A stretch of DNA of 64,000 nucleotides from Phoronis australis. Lineage: Eukaryota; Animalia; Phoronida. The position numbers were made by a program, and so were the translations under genes. Below are positions 1 to 12,900 of the stretch, in pieces. The notes under the pieces are model-generated. The model made no database searches. It saw nothing but the letters and a program-made list of their open reading frames with translations, and had not been told where the DNA came from. The stretch lies in contig NMRA01000144.1 in NCBI GenBank assembly GCA_002633005.1, positions 546,248 through 610,247 on the forward strand, given 5' to 3'. Within the stretch, counting starts at the first letter, position 1. Every line of letters starts with the position of its first letter.

Positions 1-24
1 TGTGTGTGTGTGTGTGTGTGTGTG
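1..24. repeat. (TG)n microsatellite
   Basis: Perfect TG dinucleotide run at the window start. Confidence 0.95.
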
Positions 25-467
25 AGTGGCTCGTGAAAGTCCTTCCCCCGCTCCCCTTTCCCCTTTCTAGCTACATTTTATTGCCTAAAAAATCTATTAG
101 TCGCTATTATATACTTTTTTTAAAGCCAGAACTGAGGCACCCAACCTCAGACTGGCTACGTGATATTGTCTGGGCAACAAATGTATTAAAATATATATGT
201 ATAAACCATGGGCAACAGAATGTACAGTCTGTGATGGAACTTACCTTACTAGCTTATTCTTTCACAAGCTGGCTAAGTGAACGCGCACAAAGTCTGTGTT
301 CCAAGGAAAAAATTAAATGTTCAAAAGCGCAACCATAGCGGCTGATATGCATTTTATTTCTGTCTCACTGGCGAGTCCCGAATCCCGTGCCATGATTCCC
401 ACAGACGGCTCTAGGGGAAATCTTAGTAACTGTTGTATAAAGCGGTTCATTCTCCTTTTCTTTACAG

Positions 468-617
468 GACTCTTACAAAGTCTTAGCCAAAGTTTATGAT
501 CAGGACGGGAAACCGCTCGTTTGTGCCAACATATTCTTTGATGTGGTTGAGAATAACGCCGTTGAGTATTCTTATGGTGATGCAACGTTCAAACAACGCA
601 GGAAATATATTCCATAG
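468..617 (+). CDS. Terminal coding exon of a probable ML (NPC2/MD-2-like lipid recognition) domain protein; upstream exons lie outside the window
   Basis: Strong acceptor ttctccttttctttacag| then open frame DSYKVLAKVYDQDGKPLVCANIFFDVVENNAVEYSYGDATFKQRRKYIP*. The Y-x-V-x-A...DQ-x-G-x-x-L-x-C pattern resembles the last beta-strands of ML domains (recognised by eye). Confidence 0.55.
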   Translation, partial: DSYKVLAKVYDQDGKPLVCANIFFDVVENNAVEYSYGDATFKQRRKYIP

Positions 618-1118
618 TGTCATGCTGTTCTTGGTCAACAGATTTTTCAAATTGAATTATTTTGTGATACAATTAGCTATGTTCACTTGCTTCAGAAGCG
701 GACTGCAACATCAGGCTCATTTTATGCAGTGATAACGTTTGTGAACATGATTTATAAGCTGAGGTAGTTTTGGGTATAACAGAGGTATAGAATTATTGAT
801 GACTCATAGCAAAAAGACGTTACCTGGATCTTGGTCTGCGTTCCGTGGACACAAAGCAGTAGCGGGGAAAGCTTGTGTTACAATGTGCTTGGCTCGTAAT
901 GCATGTGGATATCTCGCGAATACGCGTGATCTTGCGCTTTCTCGAGTTTTATGGGTCTAGGCTTATCGAACGCCGGTAGGTCTGCCTGGATGCCTAGAAC
1001 GAAGGAATCTGAAGCAAGTGTTCAGGTTTGAATTTATATTCCATTACAATTTTGGACTTTTAGAACATTATGTGTCATGTTACAAAAATATCAGTAAGGG
1101 GGCGTTCACGTATTACTA

Positions 1119-1476
1119 CCGGGATTTTCTGTAGATAAGGCCACACGATGAAACGCCCTTGGCATTTATTCGGAAAATTATGCCAAGTAAAAGGCCATGG
1201 GCGTTTATTTGGTGTTATAACTTCTGGTGTCAAGTGTCCAGAGAGTGGGTCGTTTTTAAAACCAACAAGGTGTTGGCGAACTATGCATTTATTAACATCA
1301 AATTTAAAAACAAAGTTTTATGTGAAAAATGTCAATGTCGGCAAAACTATGACTTAATGTTTATACGCCCGCCTTTTCCGAATAAAGGCCCGGGCGTTTA
1401 TTTGGTGTTACTAAAACGTCTGAAATTTTTCATTTTCCGATTACACGCTCATGGGCTTATCTACGGAAAATCCCGG
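1119..1476. mobile_element. Tc1/mariner (Tc2/pogo-like) MITE
   Basis: TIRs CCGGGATTTTCTGTAGATAAGGCC / GGGCTTATCTACGGAAAATCCCGG, TA on both sides, internal repeats GGCGTTTATTTGGTGTTA. Confidence 0.85.
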
Positions 1477-1922
1477 TAACTCCTGTCGAGCGAATAGGGG
1501 ATTAATTGGAAAAGATGGCGATTTATGACGGGAAGGGGTTAGTCGGCGCGTGGTGACATCATGTGGTTTATTAGAATATCTCCATCGCGGTACTTATCGT
1601 TGAGAAACTGGCACTTTCTAACGCAAGTAATTAACTATAGTAGCAGGATTGGCCGTTTCGCTTCCAAACTTTGATCATATTTCACCAGGCTTATCTTATG
1701 AACATGTACACAGACAAACGTTAGATCCCACTCCATCACTGCCTAAACAGCTAGGGGGTGGGATTGACTGCAATGACGTAATTATAGGTTGGACAGCGGG
1801 TTTCATTGTTGCGGGTCGTAACGTGGAGGGTAAAAGTGGCAAAATTTGGATTAAATTACGTAATTTGCGAACGATCCCTAACATCTAATTAGTCTAGAGA
1901 TTGAGCGTTTTTAGGACTATAC

Positions 1923-2254
1923 CATAGGCGGCCGGGATTAAGGCGGGGNNCCCCCCCCCCTTGGCTGCCGCCAAAAATAAAACAGGAAGACAGCAAGAGC
2001 GAGAGGAAATATTGAGTTTACTAATTAACCCTGGTAATGACGAAGTGGCCGAAAGAAGGTGCAGGAAGCGTGTCCCCGTTTTTTTTTGTTTTTATATTAG
2101 TCGTGCGGCTGCATTTCACCAAGTAGGTCCACATTCTCAGAGGTCCAAGTCCTCCGCTTCATTTCCGGATGGCTGCGCGCATGCAGTCGTGCTTCACGCG
2201 ATTGCCCGAGACAAAGTGTTGGGTCCCCCTTATGTTATCCTAGATCCGCCACTG
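1923..2254. mobile_element. hAT-like MITE (CATAGGCGG...CCGCCACTG); contains NN at 1949-1950
   Basis: Termini and internal GAGGAAATATTGAG block are shared with the 39784-40084 copy; TSD degraded. Confidence 0.75.
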
Positions 2255-3371
2255 TATGGCTCTGTTATACGAGGCTTGGAAATTATTTTGATATATATAA
2301 ATAAAGATTGATTGAATAAGATTAACCTTTGTTCTAATTTTATTCAGTGCTGTCAAAATTGAATCATTCGGATGAAAAAGACACCATAGTTCTTGCGCTC
2401 AATTAACAACGGTAATTAGGTCGTTATAACTCCTGACGAAGTTAGAAAATGTGATCCGACAGCGACAGAATTTGTTGAAGTGAGACGCGGGCTTTCGCAG
2501 GAGCTGCTAAACAGAGGCCATCAAGACGTTTAGTTGCTCAAATAATTTTGGGTGACTTTTTTGTCAAAACAAATTTCCATTTCAATGCCCATTACTGAAG
2601 GAACGTCCGTGCACATGTAGTGAATTATTTTATTACTCTATAGTTTTGTCTACCTACGTGACATTTTCACACCTGTTATAATGGCACATTCATAGTCGAC
2701 TTTTTGCCTAAAGTTTCAAAAATCTTTAATTTCGATTTAAGACTGTGCTTTTCCTGAAATTTTGATTTTTACATCTTATCTGTCAGTTATTGTTGAGCCG
2801 ATTGGCGTCAGGCCGTTATTAACACCTAGTGACTGATACTTCATGGGTGCACCGTTCATGAGTCATCTACACAATACCTGCATTGTTGTTTCGCTTGCTG
2901 GTTTCGACTCTTGTTCTGCCAGGGGGTTACTGTGGTCGTGTTTCGAAAGTACAAACACGGGTAAGTTAAACTTTTGAATACTCGCTGCTTAACGTCCTTT
3001 GGCAGACGTGTTGTTTCTTGAAAAGACACAGTCAAATCAGATATTAAGAGTCTTCTAAAAAGCAACCGGAGATACAGATAGAGAGGTAGGTCTAGCAAGC
3101 GCTTAAACTTGCAAAGGGTGGAAACGATTCCATGGCCATGCCTCCGCCTAAATTTCGGCAACAGTCCTCCAAACCCCAGTGCTGTGTTGGCAAACTTCAA
3201 ACCCAGCGGCAGACCTACAAATCTCCGCCGATAATGTTCCTAACTCGGTACTTCAGACGAGGCTGGGGTTAGAGAACATTGTTCCAGGGATTTGGAGGTC
3301 GGCACGCGTCTGTGGAACATTGCTTTCACCTCTGTTAAAGTCAGATTAACGCTGAATTCCAATATTCAAGG

Positions 3372-3550
3372 CGGCTCCTAGACTTCCCTGCCGCGCACAA
3401 TTATTTATCGTGCACGCTATTCTCTTCTCGCGCACGCATATTCCCCTATTCACGTCTTGTTGCCATAATTCTTTGCTCGCGGACAGACCAACCCTGCTCC
3501 TGCGTATAATCCCCTATCCTCAGTGCCACTTCCACGCTCACGGACAAAGG
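3372..3550 (+). repeat. Solo arm of the long-TIR element family seen at 26110-27345
   Basis: AGACTTCCCTGCC...GCTATTCTCTT...TTCTTTGCT...TCACGGACAAA aligns by eye with the reverse complement of 27130-27340. Confidence 0.6.
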
Positions 3551-5080
3551 TCTTCGATCGAGCCGTGACTATTTTCAATGCTGTTTCATTTTTTGAAAAG
3601 AAACGAATATCGAAAAAGTCTTTCTCTCTCTCTCACTACATATTGTGAATATAATCTAGATTATAAAATTTCATTGCAAAAGTTGATTCTTTATCAATAC
3701 TCGTTCACGGGATCATGGCATACGAAGGCAACTGACACGTATTGTTGAGCGTAGAGTGAGTTCAATAGCATTTTCACTGTATCCTTCACGAATATTGTCA
3801 ATGTATGAATATTTTTTTCATTTTATACAGCTTCAGGGAGTATTTGTGAAATTATTTAGTTTAAAACCAACAATCGAAAATTGCCGGGAATGTATTTACA
3901 GAGAGCCTTTCCACAGTTAATTTGTGTCATAGAATTGTAACTCAACTACGGCACGTGAACTACGTATTAGAGCTTGCGACTCAGAGACTAGCCGCGAGGT
4001 TACACTCTTTCACAGTGCTACGAAAGGTAGCACTGTGGTATATTGTTTATCATGGCTTCCCATTGGTTAAAGTAATGAACCCGACGTCATGATAACATTC
4101 AGTCATTCCTGTTGGTTGAAATCTGGAAAACCCCTTTCAGTTTACTGTTACCTAGTATGGCGACCACCTTCTGACTTGAATAGTTGCAATTTATTAAAGC
4201 AAACTCAAGGGAACCCCGGTCCCGTTGCTAAGCCCAAACAAGTACAGTGCACAGAAGGCGTGTGCAAGCATAGACTATAGTCAATTAATGCTTTTACTCA
4301 AAACCAATTGAAAATTTAAACAAAACAGAAATAAACTGAATCTATAAATTAAGGTTTAACAGCTATTATAGCTTACCAGTCCTTTTATCACGCTAAGCTT
4401 CCACTGGGAAAATATCGTCTGCTAAAGTAGGTTACCACTAGTAACTGAGTATAATGCTCAAGTCAAAGGATCCCAACGACACGATACCCGCATCCAAGTT
4501 CTAAACACACAAAACGCTTGTTTTCCCAGCCAGTGCATCGGAACCCGATCAGGCCCGTCACGGCCGCGGGGACTGGACATCGGAAACTAAACCTCCAGTC
4601 ACGAAAAGACTATACTAGTGAGCCAAAGAAATAATGCACACGTAATTATTTTGGTGAATTAGCCACGAATCTGCGGGGGCTGCTAAGTCAAGTTTCCCTT
4701 TTACGAACCGTCAAGGCAAAAGTTGTACACTGGTAAAGATGCGAATAGTGTATTTGTATATCTAAATAAAGATTCCCCTAACATGTCACCATAGCATATA
4801 AAATCGAGTTACTGTTTCGCAACTTCTGTCAGCAAACATTGAATGCGCTTACACGGTCTCGGTGCCCGGTCAATTACCTTTATTGCATCTGAGCCGGTAG
4901 CGCTGTGGTTTATTCATTGCTGGATTCCCAAAACATTTGCACTCACGAATACCCCAAAGGCATTACAAGTTGTATCTACATTAACTTAAGCAGACTTTGT
5001 TTTAGTTTCATATAAGCATTGGTTAGGGTGAGAATAATTCATTTTGAAACAGAACGCTGAATAATCATATAAACGTCAAC

Positions 5081-5240
5081 ATGGCAACTCACAATCCCGA
5101 CTTAGACGAGAGCTCATCCGACGAAGACTTCGCAGGTGGATCGTTAAGTTTCACAAGCTATCAGTTCGAACCGGAATACAGTGATCAAGAAATACTAGAG
5201 AGGCGCTGTGAACATGCACTGGCAACGGAACGTATGGATA
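5081..5240 (+). pseudogene. KolX-like N-terminal relic
   Basis: MATHNPDLDESSSDEDF...SYQFEPEYSDQEILERR: acidic leader plus Y-x-FEPEY motif, also seen in the KolX relic at 49421. Confidence 0.65.
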
Positions 5241-5269
5241 GTTCTTTGGTAAGCCAAGCATTCGAGTCA

Positions 5270-5476
5270 GACTCACTGTCGATGACTGCCCGGCGGTCAC
5301 TGACATGGAGACGTTTCAAGGCCTCATACTTGCTATCAACAGTGTACTTTTCAATGTTCACGAGCCACTTCCTAAGCATTTCAAACTCTCAAGGAAGTCA
5401 AAAAACCATATAAATGCTTTCCTCGTAGCTGCATAGTTCAGACAAGCGGGAACGATGCACCGCAATATAGCGACAT
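5270..5476 (-). pseudogene. Degenerate THAP-domain transposase 5' relic
   Basis: M-x-x-x-C start, then LRKWLVNI...LHV (THAP W...LxVC positions), interrupted by stops and frameshifts; homologous to 43737-43900. Confidence 0.6.
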
Positions 5477-5654
5477 TCACTCTGCAAATGAACCACTGAC
5501 GTCGCTGCGTCCTTTCTCACCTTCATCACAGGTTAACGCGACACCTCTCGGTAAGGTCAAGTCGACCGTATGCGAGGCGATGTGGATCTAGTGTGGATAT
5601 AGACCGATTGAGACGGTAAAAAGGACGAATCAAATAGGGTGACATTCTCCTTTT

Positions 5655-5987
5655 ACGCAGACGACAGCATAGGCTACTGACCTTTTCCGATATTTGTCAA
5701 ACAATACAAGTCCGAGTTCTGTCTGTTTACTTCCTTATGTAGTTTGTCGAGCGCGTGTTTGATGACTGCTGACTGTTGCGGTGTCAAATTCACAGGTTTC
5801 ACGAAATAAACGGAACAATTTTGAATCAAAGGTAATAAATCTTGGAAGATTGTTAGTAATTTAAATTTTGGAAGTCAACACGAACTTTGAAACGAATTTA
5901 GAGAGAATTACTGTCTGACTTTGATACTCCCAGTGGCGACTTCTATCGTTGCGACTTGGAATTTTCCCAGGCTGGCAAACAACCTGA
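5655..5987 (-). mobile_element. Partial copy of the MITE at 23910-24425
   Basis: Reverse complement aligns with 23910-24190 (e.g. GTATCAAAGTCAGACA, AGATTTATTACCTTTGATTCA, GTAAACAGACAGAA); abuts the Kolobok end. Confidence 0.8.
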
Positions 5988-6526
5988 AGTGGCATCGGCG
6001 TTGCCGTTTACAGTTAGTACGACGTACCGCCGAGAGGAGGCAGAACAGAACATTAAGATTAATTGAAATTTTGTGAACATCGTAGTTTGAAACTGATCTG
6101 TTCCTCTCAAAGTTAACTGCGTCATCATTTACATGCGCAGTTGATAGAAATCTGCAACAATCTTCGAACTGACCTTCCACATATATATATGAAGTCTTTC
6201 TCCATTTTGAGGTTTATTTTAGAGCACGGGCGTGGATTGGACTACGTGAACTGGTTAAAAGTAGGCCTACAGTACATGGTGAATAAGCAATAGTGCGTGT
6301 TGAATAAGCGCAGAAAGGTATTCGTTTTAGAATCAATCCAGCTCGTTGAATGACTAATAAATTACGTGTTGATTAAGAAAAAGTTCACGTCGAATAAGCA
6401 CATTTCAACGCGCAGAAATACACGCTGATAAGAATCCTTTGGAGCTTCATTATGATTCCATACACTCAGAAGGTAGTCTCACTTGCACTAAACCTTAATT
6501 TACGGTGTGTGGAAACTTATTTTCAG

Positions 6527-6614
6527 ATGACGCTCCCTCGAGTTCTAGTGCCACTTATAACAGTACTCCTTGTTCCCAATTGCAGTGCTGTTTGCAAGGT
6601 TGAAACGTGTCAAG
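6527..6614 (+). CDS. First coding exon (signal peptide) of a small secreted protein, possibly an ML-domain paralogue
   Basis: ttttcag|ATG, MTLPRVLVPLITVLLVPNCSAVCKVETCQ(G), donor G|GTATAT in phase 1, matching the next exon. Confidence 0.5.
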
Positions 6615-6633
6615 GTATATATACTTCTCAATG

Positions 6634-6963
6634 CAGTGGCGGATTTAGGGGGGGGGCAAGAGGGCCATGCCCCCCCTAAAATTCTACCAGATACCATTTA
6701 GGAGTTCGGATACGAATTGCTGACAAGTACATGCGCGTGCGCGCGCAACCAAGGGGGATCGGAGGGTGAATAAAGTGAATAAACAATGCATAGGCCCTGA
6801 ACAAACCCCGTTCACCGTTTTTTTGTTTTTTGTTTTTTTTTAGTCAGCAGGTCCGCAAACCCCCCTGCATCCCCACAATTTAGGCTGGGCGCGCATCTGC
6901 CGAAATTCTGGTTATTCCTGTGTCCTGCCCCCCCCCCAAATCAATATCCTGGATCCGCCCCTG
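6634..6963. mobile_element. hAT-like MITE with 5-bp TSD
   Basis: CAGTGGCGGATTTAGG...CCTGGATCCGCCCCTG flanked by caatg on both sides. Confidence 0.85.
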
Positions 6964-7654
6964 CAATGTACAAGGAAACTAGTTTCAAAACCTGTGTGGC
7001 GTCTCTATGAAGTAAATAACTCCAGGGGTATTCAAGAGGGTGACTATCTACAACCAATTTCCCCACGAAAGTACGCCTTTTTGACAAATTACCCGACGAA
7101 TGAGGGTGCCGTTTCCGGTTTATCCCCGCAATGGTTTCACTTTCGCAGTTCTAGAAACTCTCCATTGAAAGCTTTCTTTTTCCAAACTAATGTTTTCGAT
7201 ATGTTTAAAAGTTTGGTTGAAAAACATTGAACTCGTTTTTGACTACCTAGCACCTCGTCTTGTAATGTTTCAGGCTTAATTTATAGATTGAAAATTCAGG
7301 AATTGCTACGAAAGGGTAATTAGCCCCCAACAAAGCTAGTAAACAGGCTGTTCGCAAATTGTGGTTTCACCCCACCCCTTATGACATCATAGATCTTCTA
7401 GCTTTGTGCTTTCTGAACAAAACTGTTGACATTCGTGTGGAAGCTCTTTACAAATAAGTTTCTTTCCTCGAGTTTACTCTCTATGTGGGTGGCTATCCTA
7501 ATTTTCCTGCTGTCAAAAATGTAGTCAAATTCCCCTGGAAATAAATACAGCTTCATCAGTGTCTGGTTTCTAAATTCACTAAACACAGGGAAGTCCTTGT
7601 AAGTTATAAGTGATTTCCTATATACATACTTTGTCTAAATGACTGTTGTTTTAG

Positions 7655-7741
7655 GATCTCCGACAAAGTTCAGTGGAACTTTCGGTCCCTGCTCTGTGGA
7701 TACTACGGCTTATGTGAACGTGACAGCCAGTTGGATTGTTC
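7655..7741 (+). CDS. Second coding exon of the secreted protein
   Basis: gttgttttag| ... |gtaagg, 87 nt, phase 1-1, open frame (G)SPTKFSGTFGPCSVDTTAYVNVTASWIV; downstream exons not confidently found. Confidence 0.5.
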
Positions 7742-8059
7742 GTAAGGCGATTTTTTCAGTGTTGTTTTTGTGAGTCAGCAATAGAATTTATCCTACCAAG
7801 TCGGACATATATTGAGCCCAAGTCACCTAATTAACAGTGCCGTCAACTAGTCAAAACATTCTCCTCTCAATTTGTTCGTCAATACCGTGACCATTCTGGT
7901 ATTCTACTCTATACGTTCCACTGTGACCAGTGTTTTCTCATTCTGACTGTTTCTTTGCATGATGACCTGTTGTGGTGACGCCATCTGGCGGATTTTACCT
8001 TAAACCTATTCCTTATGTCATTTCCATTTGCTTCCTCTAAAAGGTTCAGTTTCATTTGA

Positions 8060-8290
8060 AAATATATGCCCCTCATAATTAATTTTCAAGAACTAATAAT
8101 TATTCAAATTACAGAAAATAGGTTGTTAGAATTATCATATCTTGAATCATTTCAATGCCCAAACGGATCCTTTATTTAAGAGTAAAGATTTACTTAAAAT
8201 AAAGGACTTGTATGTTGCCACATTCAACAAGTTTTCTATAATTTTGTTCATAATTCTCTACCTTCATATTTTCATAGACCTTTTTGGATT
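8060..8290 (+). mobile_element. Non-LTR retrotransposon (CR1-like) ORF2 C-terminal relic
   Basis: Frameshifted LFKLQK..VVRII..NHFNAQTDPLFKSKDLLKIKDLY, the typical post-RT LQK-x-x-x-RII / T-x-PLFK motif. Confidence 0.7.
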
Positions 8291-8913
8291 TTTGATCTTG
8301 CAAAAAACTGACAGGATGTTATTTCTTGAGATCATGTTCGACGAATAAAATGACACGCCTTGACAAGTCATCTTGAAGACTGAGGCTAGATAATTCATCC
8401 ACATGACTAAACGTTTTACGTGAAACTCTACCTAATTGGGAAGAAAGTTTATTTAGCTTTGGTTTTTGCTTCAAGTAGCTAATTGTAGTCAAAATAATAT
8501 TTGTTCTGATGGTTTTCTATCTTACATGAATTTGTTGACCTCTGTAATGTTGGTGACAAGTTAAAACGGCCATTGTGGCATAATCCAACAATCTATGTAG
8601 AAAAAAAATGTTAATTTGGAAAAACGTGTTTCAGAAGGATATCCGATATGCTTATGATAAGGATTGTTTTGTGCACGTTTTCATTTTCACCAAGGTGTTA
8701 TGGAATTTAAGCTCAAAATTTCTATCTTGGAATCACCCTAGAGGAAAGAGCCGTTGTCACCCAATACTTCTGAAACGTATTCTCGTATCTGCTCTGAAAA
8801 TGAAAGGGCAGGTAGAATTCATCAATCATTCATTTTCTAATTGCATCTCAAACTCTTTGCCGAGTGGCAATAGGAGAAGGAGATCAATGTGATTGGTACA
8901 CACAATCTTGGAA

Positions 8914-9074
8914 AGTCCGTTTCAATAAAACTGAAGAGTTCTCAAGTTTTACTTAAGTTTTTTATTTAAATATTGTCTTAGTTTTGACTTACTTACCACA
9001 TATGGAAGTTTCAAAGTTTGGAAGTTGAGAAAAATCTTAGAAAATTAACTTAGGCCAGTTTCTTGGAACGGGCC
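8914..9074. mobile_element. Short Harbinger-like MITE
   Basis: Imperfect TIRs GTCCGTTTCAATAAAACTG / CAGTTTCTTGGAACGGGCC. Confidence 0.5.
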
Positions 9075-9687
9075 TCTTGTCAAAGCCAATGACTTCAAGA
9101 AGTCTATTCCAGTCAACAATAATCCTAAAACTGTGGTTTTCGGCCGAAAAAATTGTGTATTCTACTTTGTTAGAATACCCAGCCTGCAGACGATACTTAG
9201 CAAAATATCATTATTATGGGCAACCAGTTGAAAAATGTTAAACAAAGTTTCCAATTATTCTTGCGTGAAGTTTGTGAGAACTGCAATCTCGAAAAAAGTC
9301 AGCATTGCATTGTAACATGATTCCGCGGAATAATGTCGAGTGAGGTATCACTTCATCTACGCCAATCGAGGTACGTTTTGTATTTATCCCATACGCTTCG
9401 AATTCCTAAGTTTCTTTAATTTTTTCGGCAGATTTTTTTACATACTTCACCCAGACTGCTCACACCCTACCATGCGTCAGTTTTGTACTAGATGTTACGT
9501 TTGCGACCTGATTGCATGTTGAGCGTTATTTATACACCTTATTTAAGCAGTCGCCATCAATGAGATAAATACAATATATATATATATAGCTCATTGGTCG
9601 CCATTTTAAAAGTGATCTTCTTTGCATTCTGTGCTTAATCACGTCGCAAAGCGTGATTTTTTTTCGCGTGCAATTTTATTACTTTAA

Positions 9688-9965
9688 AGGAGTATGCCAC
9701 CCAAAAAAACAATCTATTTTGTATCAATTTAGATCGAGTAGTTCTACTCGATAACGGCAGGTTTGGTTGCGTTACCTGTCACCTCACGGCAGACGGAGGC
9801 GTTGAACTTATCCAATGACGTAATTGGTTTCACATGCAATCTGTTCAGCAGTACACAACACGGGTTAGTGGTGTCAGCTTCTCGCTTGAATTCATCGTTT
9901 AACACCAATAAGTCATCAAACTTCGATGTAAAACCCTTAAAAATACACCGAGTTCTCATAAAAAC
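9688..9965 (-). mobile_element. Isolated terminal 280 bp of the 43580-45224 Kolobok-type family
   Basis: TTAA|AGGAGTATGCCACCC start; close reverse-complement match to 44948-45224. Confidence 0.9.
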
Positions 9966-12900
9966 CCTTAGAGATAAAATCAATTATTAAACTTGTACCT
10001 CCTAAAGATTCATATTTTGAGAAATTAATCATTCGTAAGCAGTCGAGCTTTGCCGGTTGCAGACTGCCTTGAATTCCCCCTGTACATGATGCTGATCTAT
10101 GATAGTGAGTCAACTGGAACAAAACATGTTTGTGTGTCTAGGACACAGTTTGACTGCTGCAGCGGCTTACATACATGCCACTGGGGCATATGTCCAAATG
10201 GGCCCCCTGAAACCAATGTGAACCCACAATGTGGCCAATCTCCTGAGGGTTCAGACATCTGTGTTGTCCAGAACAGCATTCTTTAAACTTCAGATTCGAA
10301 CTTAAACAAGGAATAACAAGTACTTCATAGGATCTAAGGCTTTAGAAATATTTTATTTCCTTGGGGTTTGTTTGCCTTGTGGAGTTTTTGTAAATTTTGA
10401 ATGTTTTCTTGCTTGTTGTTGAAGCCATGTTGTGGTCCTGTTTTGAATAATGTTATCTTAGTTATCGTGATATTTGACACTTCTTTAAAATTAAAATAAA
10501 CCACAAAAATGTGAATCTTACCACTCTCTTTAATAAGTGTGTCCTGGTGTACTTTATGTTGAGAATAAATACGTTACTGTAATTCTCCACTTATTTTGCA
10601 TTAAAATAATTTCTAAAATTGTCATTTTTACAAGTTTCAATGGCTGATTATCTTATTGCAGATAATGGAAGCTTTTCTTAATGTTGTTTTATGACCTCTA
10701 CACACAGCAAGAAGTGCTTAGCAGTGGACTAAATTTTTCTTAACCTTTATTTTTGTGGAGAAATTTGACTATTATTTCACCTGTCGGTTATATTGTGTTC
10801 CAAAATAAGTGAAGAATTTCTGTAACATTGTTAACAGGACACTATTCAGAATCTTGTTTTATTGTTACCACAATGTCTGTGGTTACAGAGGGCTGATCAC
10901 TGTTGAGGGTGGCTATGGAGATAAGGTGAGTTGCCATTAGCTACTCTGGTTTGATTGACATGTTACTGTGGTATCTTGTTTGAAATTACACAATGTCCTG
11001 CTGTGATTGTGACTAAGTTACTCAGTGGCTTGCCCATCTTTGCCCTAAAGAATGTTTTCACAAGCTGAGTCTCAAGTTTATTAATCTGGCTGAATGCCAA
11101 ACCACTCTTAGTTTAGTTAAATGTGATCAGTAGTTCATAAGGATTAAGTATTCATTTTCATTATTTTAAAGAGCTGCGTTTTTAATAACAATTCTTTGCA
11201 GATAAAAACCTTACAGTTGGAAAATGCTGCTTTGAGAACAACGGTGCATGTTCTTAATGAGAAGGTAGACACGTTAGAAAAATTTAAAGCTGCAGCATCC
11301 CGGCAGCTCGAGCTATGCATAAGGCAATGCATAGGCGACCATCTTTAAAGTATCGATAAGACGATCTCGTGTTTTCAACTATTATCATAAAGTGAAAAAG
11401 TGATCGGGATATGGTTGGCTTTTGTCAATTTTGAAATTATAATCTTATTTCACATACATATTTACCATTGTGACGGAAATTTCTAGTCATTGATTATCTT
11501 AAAGGGAAAAAATTTCACTCTTTCATGATGTTGATACCTGTTGGAATGTTCAAGACATCAGCATGCTGACCTTAGGCCTACACATTAATGTAATGAACAG
11601 TCACAGCAAATCTCTAAGATCCACTTTCTTCAGTTACTGGTCTCAATTTTGCATGAACGCGTAATGAGATTGTGTATTTTAATACAGATGTGTATGATAA
11701 TATCATTTCCAAAGACAAGATGTCGAAAATTTTATAACCAATAATATAAAAATGCTAGCATGTGGGAAAATTTTTACGTTCACTAAAATAAAATGAGGTT
11801 TATTATATGGTGTCTTTCCACCCATCCTTCCATGACAGTATTCGTCGGTAATTTTGAGCGTATGAAAATTGTATCAATATTCAGTGTTTTGTTTCTTGAA
11901 TTCGTTTTGATGTGGCTGTGCCTTGTAATTTTGTTATCCCTATTTGATATGCGCAATCAAACATTATGTTCCGAAGGCCTGTGTACAGGCATTAATTCGC
12001 TTTGCTTGGCGTCAGTCACGATTGAGTGAGCGCGCGTGAGGTATGTGTTATTGGAGAGTTTTACTAGCAGTCACCAGTAGGCCTACAGTGCCCATTCACT
12101 CTTTAACTTCTGCTATACTCACTATTGCGAGGACGCTTCTGTCTGGTATGATATGCTTTTTATTGCTGGTTCTAAGAACGACATCGAAGATCACGAGTCC
12201 TGAGCCCGGTGTCCCGCACCAACATGCACAGTAGATATCCCACATGACAGGTTCAGTCTGTCTTCGTTTACAAGATCCCTATAAAGTTGTGGCCAAGTTT
12301 TCAGACCAGAACAAGAAACTGCTTCTCTTGCTCAACGTATATTTTGATGCTGCACACCATATTGCCATTGAGTTGTCTCATGGAGATGCCCTATTAAAGC
12401 AACGTGGAATGCATTTCCCATAGAGTTGCACTTCTCGATTGTCTTAAGTATGCTGTTGGTACGTCGAAGTGGGATCAGTGAATTTTTTAGATTTGTAAAA
12501 AGGATACGAAACCCTGTTTTGATGATTTCTACCAGTCCTCGTTATGTTACGTACCTGCTAATCCTTCATTGGCGTCAAGGTGATTTGGAAAGGAGTTTTC
12601 AAATTTTGCTCCAAGCCTTTGAGGACTGTCGAGGGTTACAGAGCGTTATTTTGTTTCAGAGAACTGGATGGTAAATAGGCCAAAACCGGGTTTGGTATCC
12701 TTTTAACCTCAATTCATTTGTCTTGCTGATTAGGCATATTATTTACCATATAATGTAATTGCTTGCAAGTGTTCGTGGAACCAAATTATAATAATGTAGT
12801 CGTTGATATTAAGATGGGTGTGTGGTAATTTACATACTTTACTTCCTGTTTTCTGTAGTCTCGCAATTAATGAAAGATAACGGTGTTTTACACCTGGTAT

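Larger units (their letters stand above)
4495..5651 (-). mobile_element. Truncated non-autonomous Kolobok-type element, same family as 43580-45224 in opposite orientation
   Basis: Collinear reverse-complement similarity to 43580-44765 over about 1.1 kb. End GGGTGACATTCTCCT|TTTA matches the family terminus AGGAGAATGCCACCC. Confidence 0.85.

Noticed and set aside
2856-3330. Long minus-strand frame with one internal stop
   Set aside because: No recognisable domain or convincing splice partners.
4495-9965. A single Kolobok element, or one with long terminal direct repeats, spanning both fragments
   Set aside because: The 9688 terminus lies on the wrong side of the 4495-5651 piece and points away from it, so they are separate copies.
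12180-12230. LVRDTGLRTRDL on the minus strand resembling tyrosine recombinase box I
   Set aside because: Short frame bounded by stops, with no H-x-x-R or catalytic Tyr motif found downstream.
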